Assembly (NCBI GenBank): GCA_030704615.1
Contig: CM060731.1
Location: 3,038,001 to 3,102,000 of the forward strand
Length of the DNA stretch: 64,000 bases
Direction: 5' to 3'
Source of the DNA: Takakia lepidozioides
Taxonomy: Eukaryota > Plantae > Bryophyta
The notes beneath the pieces were generated by a model. The model was given only the letters and a program-made list of their open reading frames with translations, was not told the DNA's origin and did not search any database. The stretch's first letter is position 1. Every line of letters starts with the position of its first letter. The position numbers were made by a program, and so were the translations under genes. Shown here piece by piece: positions 63,201 through 64,000 of the stretch.

Positions 63201-64000
63201 GGAAGTGTACTCCGCACTCTGCGTTGCTTAGCCAGAGCCAAGCTGATAATCCAGGTCAAGCAATTGAGATCCATTGCTTGCCCCAACACTTGACGACGTG
63301 ATGCCTCAGAAAGAGACGACACCGCCGTGGTACCAGTGGCAAAACCCATTGCCTGCTCACGCTCGTCAGCATTAGGCTCCACTAACTGCTGCAACTGAGC
63401 ATCCCACAGGAGGCCAGGTCCACTATCCCGGAAAGCATGCGATCCTGGGAAGCTGAGCAGTGTAGGTAATGCTGCTCGTGGTTCACCCACCTTGTTGACC
63501 ACTGCCAAAGGCGAATGGTCATCGTGTCTCACACATTGAGACTGCCTCCCTGTGTCCAGAATGCTATCCACTGTGAGATGTGCTGGCCGCTGCACCCCAC
63601 CAAATGCACGCTTGAGCAGTGTGGGTGGCATCAAGTTAGTCCACCATAGCCGTGGACAATGAGCCCGTGACCCCACTGTAGCGGCATCTAGCAACACTGC
63701 TGACCCAAGCTACGACCGGACTTGATGCACACTGGCCATCACCCTGGCCCGAGAATCGCCCATCAGTGGCACATTCTCCAAGATGTATGCTGGAGATACA
63801 GCTTGATGAAGCTGCAAGTGGCGCAAAACCCGCACCATCTCCCAAAACAGACCCAACCTCGAGTCTCGCAATCCATTGCCATGCCCGGCTGATGAATGCC
63901 CTTGGCAGGGCCAACCTGCCACTACCAGATCAATGGAGCCAACCCGCGCCAAATCCTGCGCCCCCAGCAACGAAATGTCTGCTGGCAAGGCCTGCTGATA
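60216..64000 (-). mobile_element. Ty3/gypsy retrotransposon carrying a DNMT3-like methyltransferase, copy 2 (better preserved; 5' part beyond the window)
   Basis: ORFs 63710-63988 and 62939-63697 (DNMT: DI, GWPCQGHS, ENV, LWWTN, LGQAMD); 62333-62779 and 61545-62345 (RT YIDD, RH LHTDWS..YEGECLA); 60993-61496 and 60138-60989 (IN HHCC, WSLDFAGP, TDQGREF, GLAER). Confidence 0.95.

Overview
Eukaryotic DNA with intron-rich genes, most likely from a non-seed land plant (inferred from gene content and a Tcn1-like chromovirus; species not identifiable). Host genes: a rhomboid-like/UBA gene (RBL15 type, minus, ~4971-13156), an ELF4-like gene, a TPR-RING-LON(N) gene ending in a CaaX motif, and two tandem Alba/RPP25-like RGG-tail paralogs. 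The second Alba copy is interrupted by a complete but decayed chromovirus LTR element (TSD CCTAC). Other elements: a head-to-tail array of RTE/RTEX-like LINE 3' ends inside a rhomboid intron, a TTAA-flanked piggyBac-like element, hAT fragments and a CACTA end. The most notable system is two convergent copies of a Ty3/gypsy retrotransposon (~50.5-57.1 kb plus; 60.2-64 kb minus). Both carry a DNMT3-like C5 cytosine methyltransferase domain upstream of reverse transcriptase (between protease and RT in copy 1). Several frameshifts in host exons fall in homopolymers, suggesting consensus errors, so loss-of-function calls are uncertain. Exon coordinates were read by eye and may be off by a few bases.
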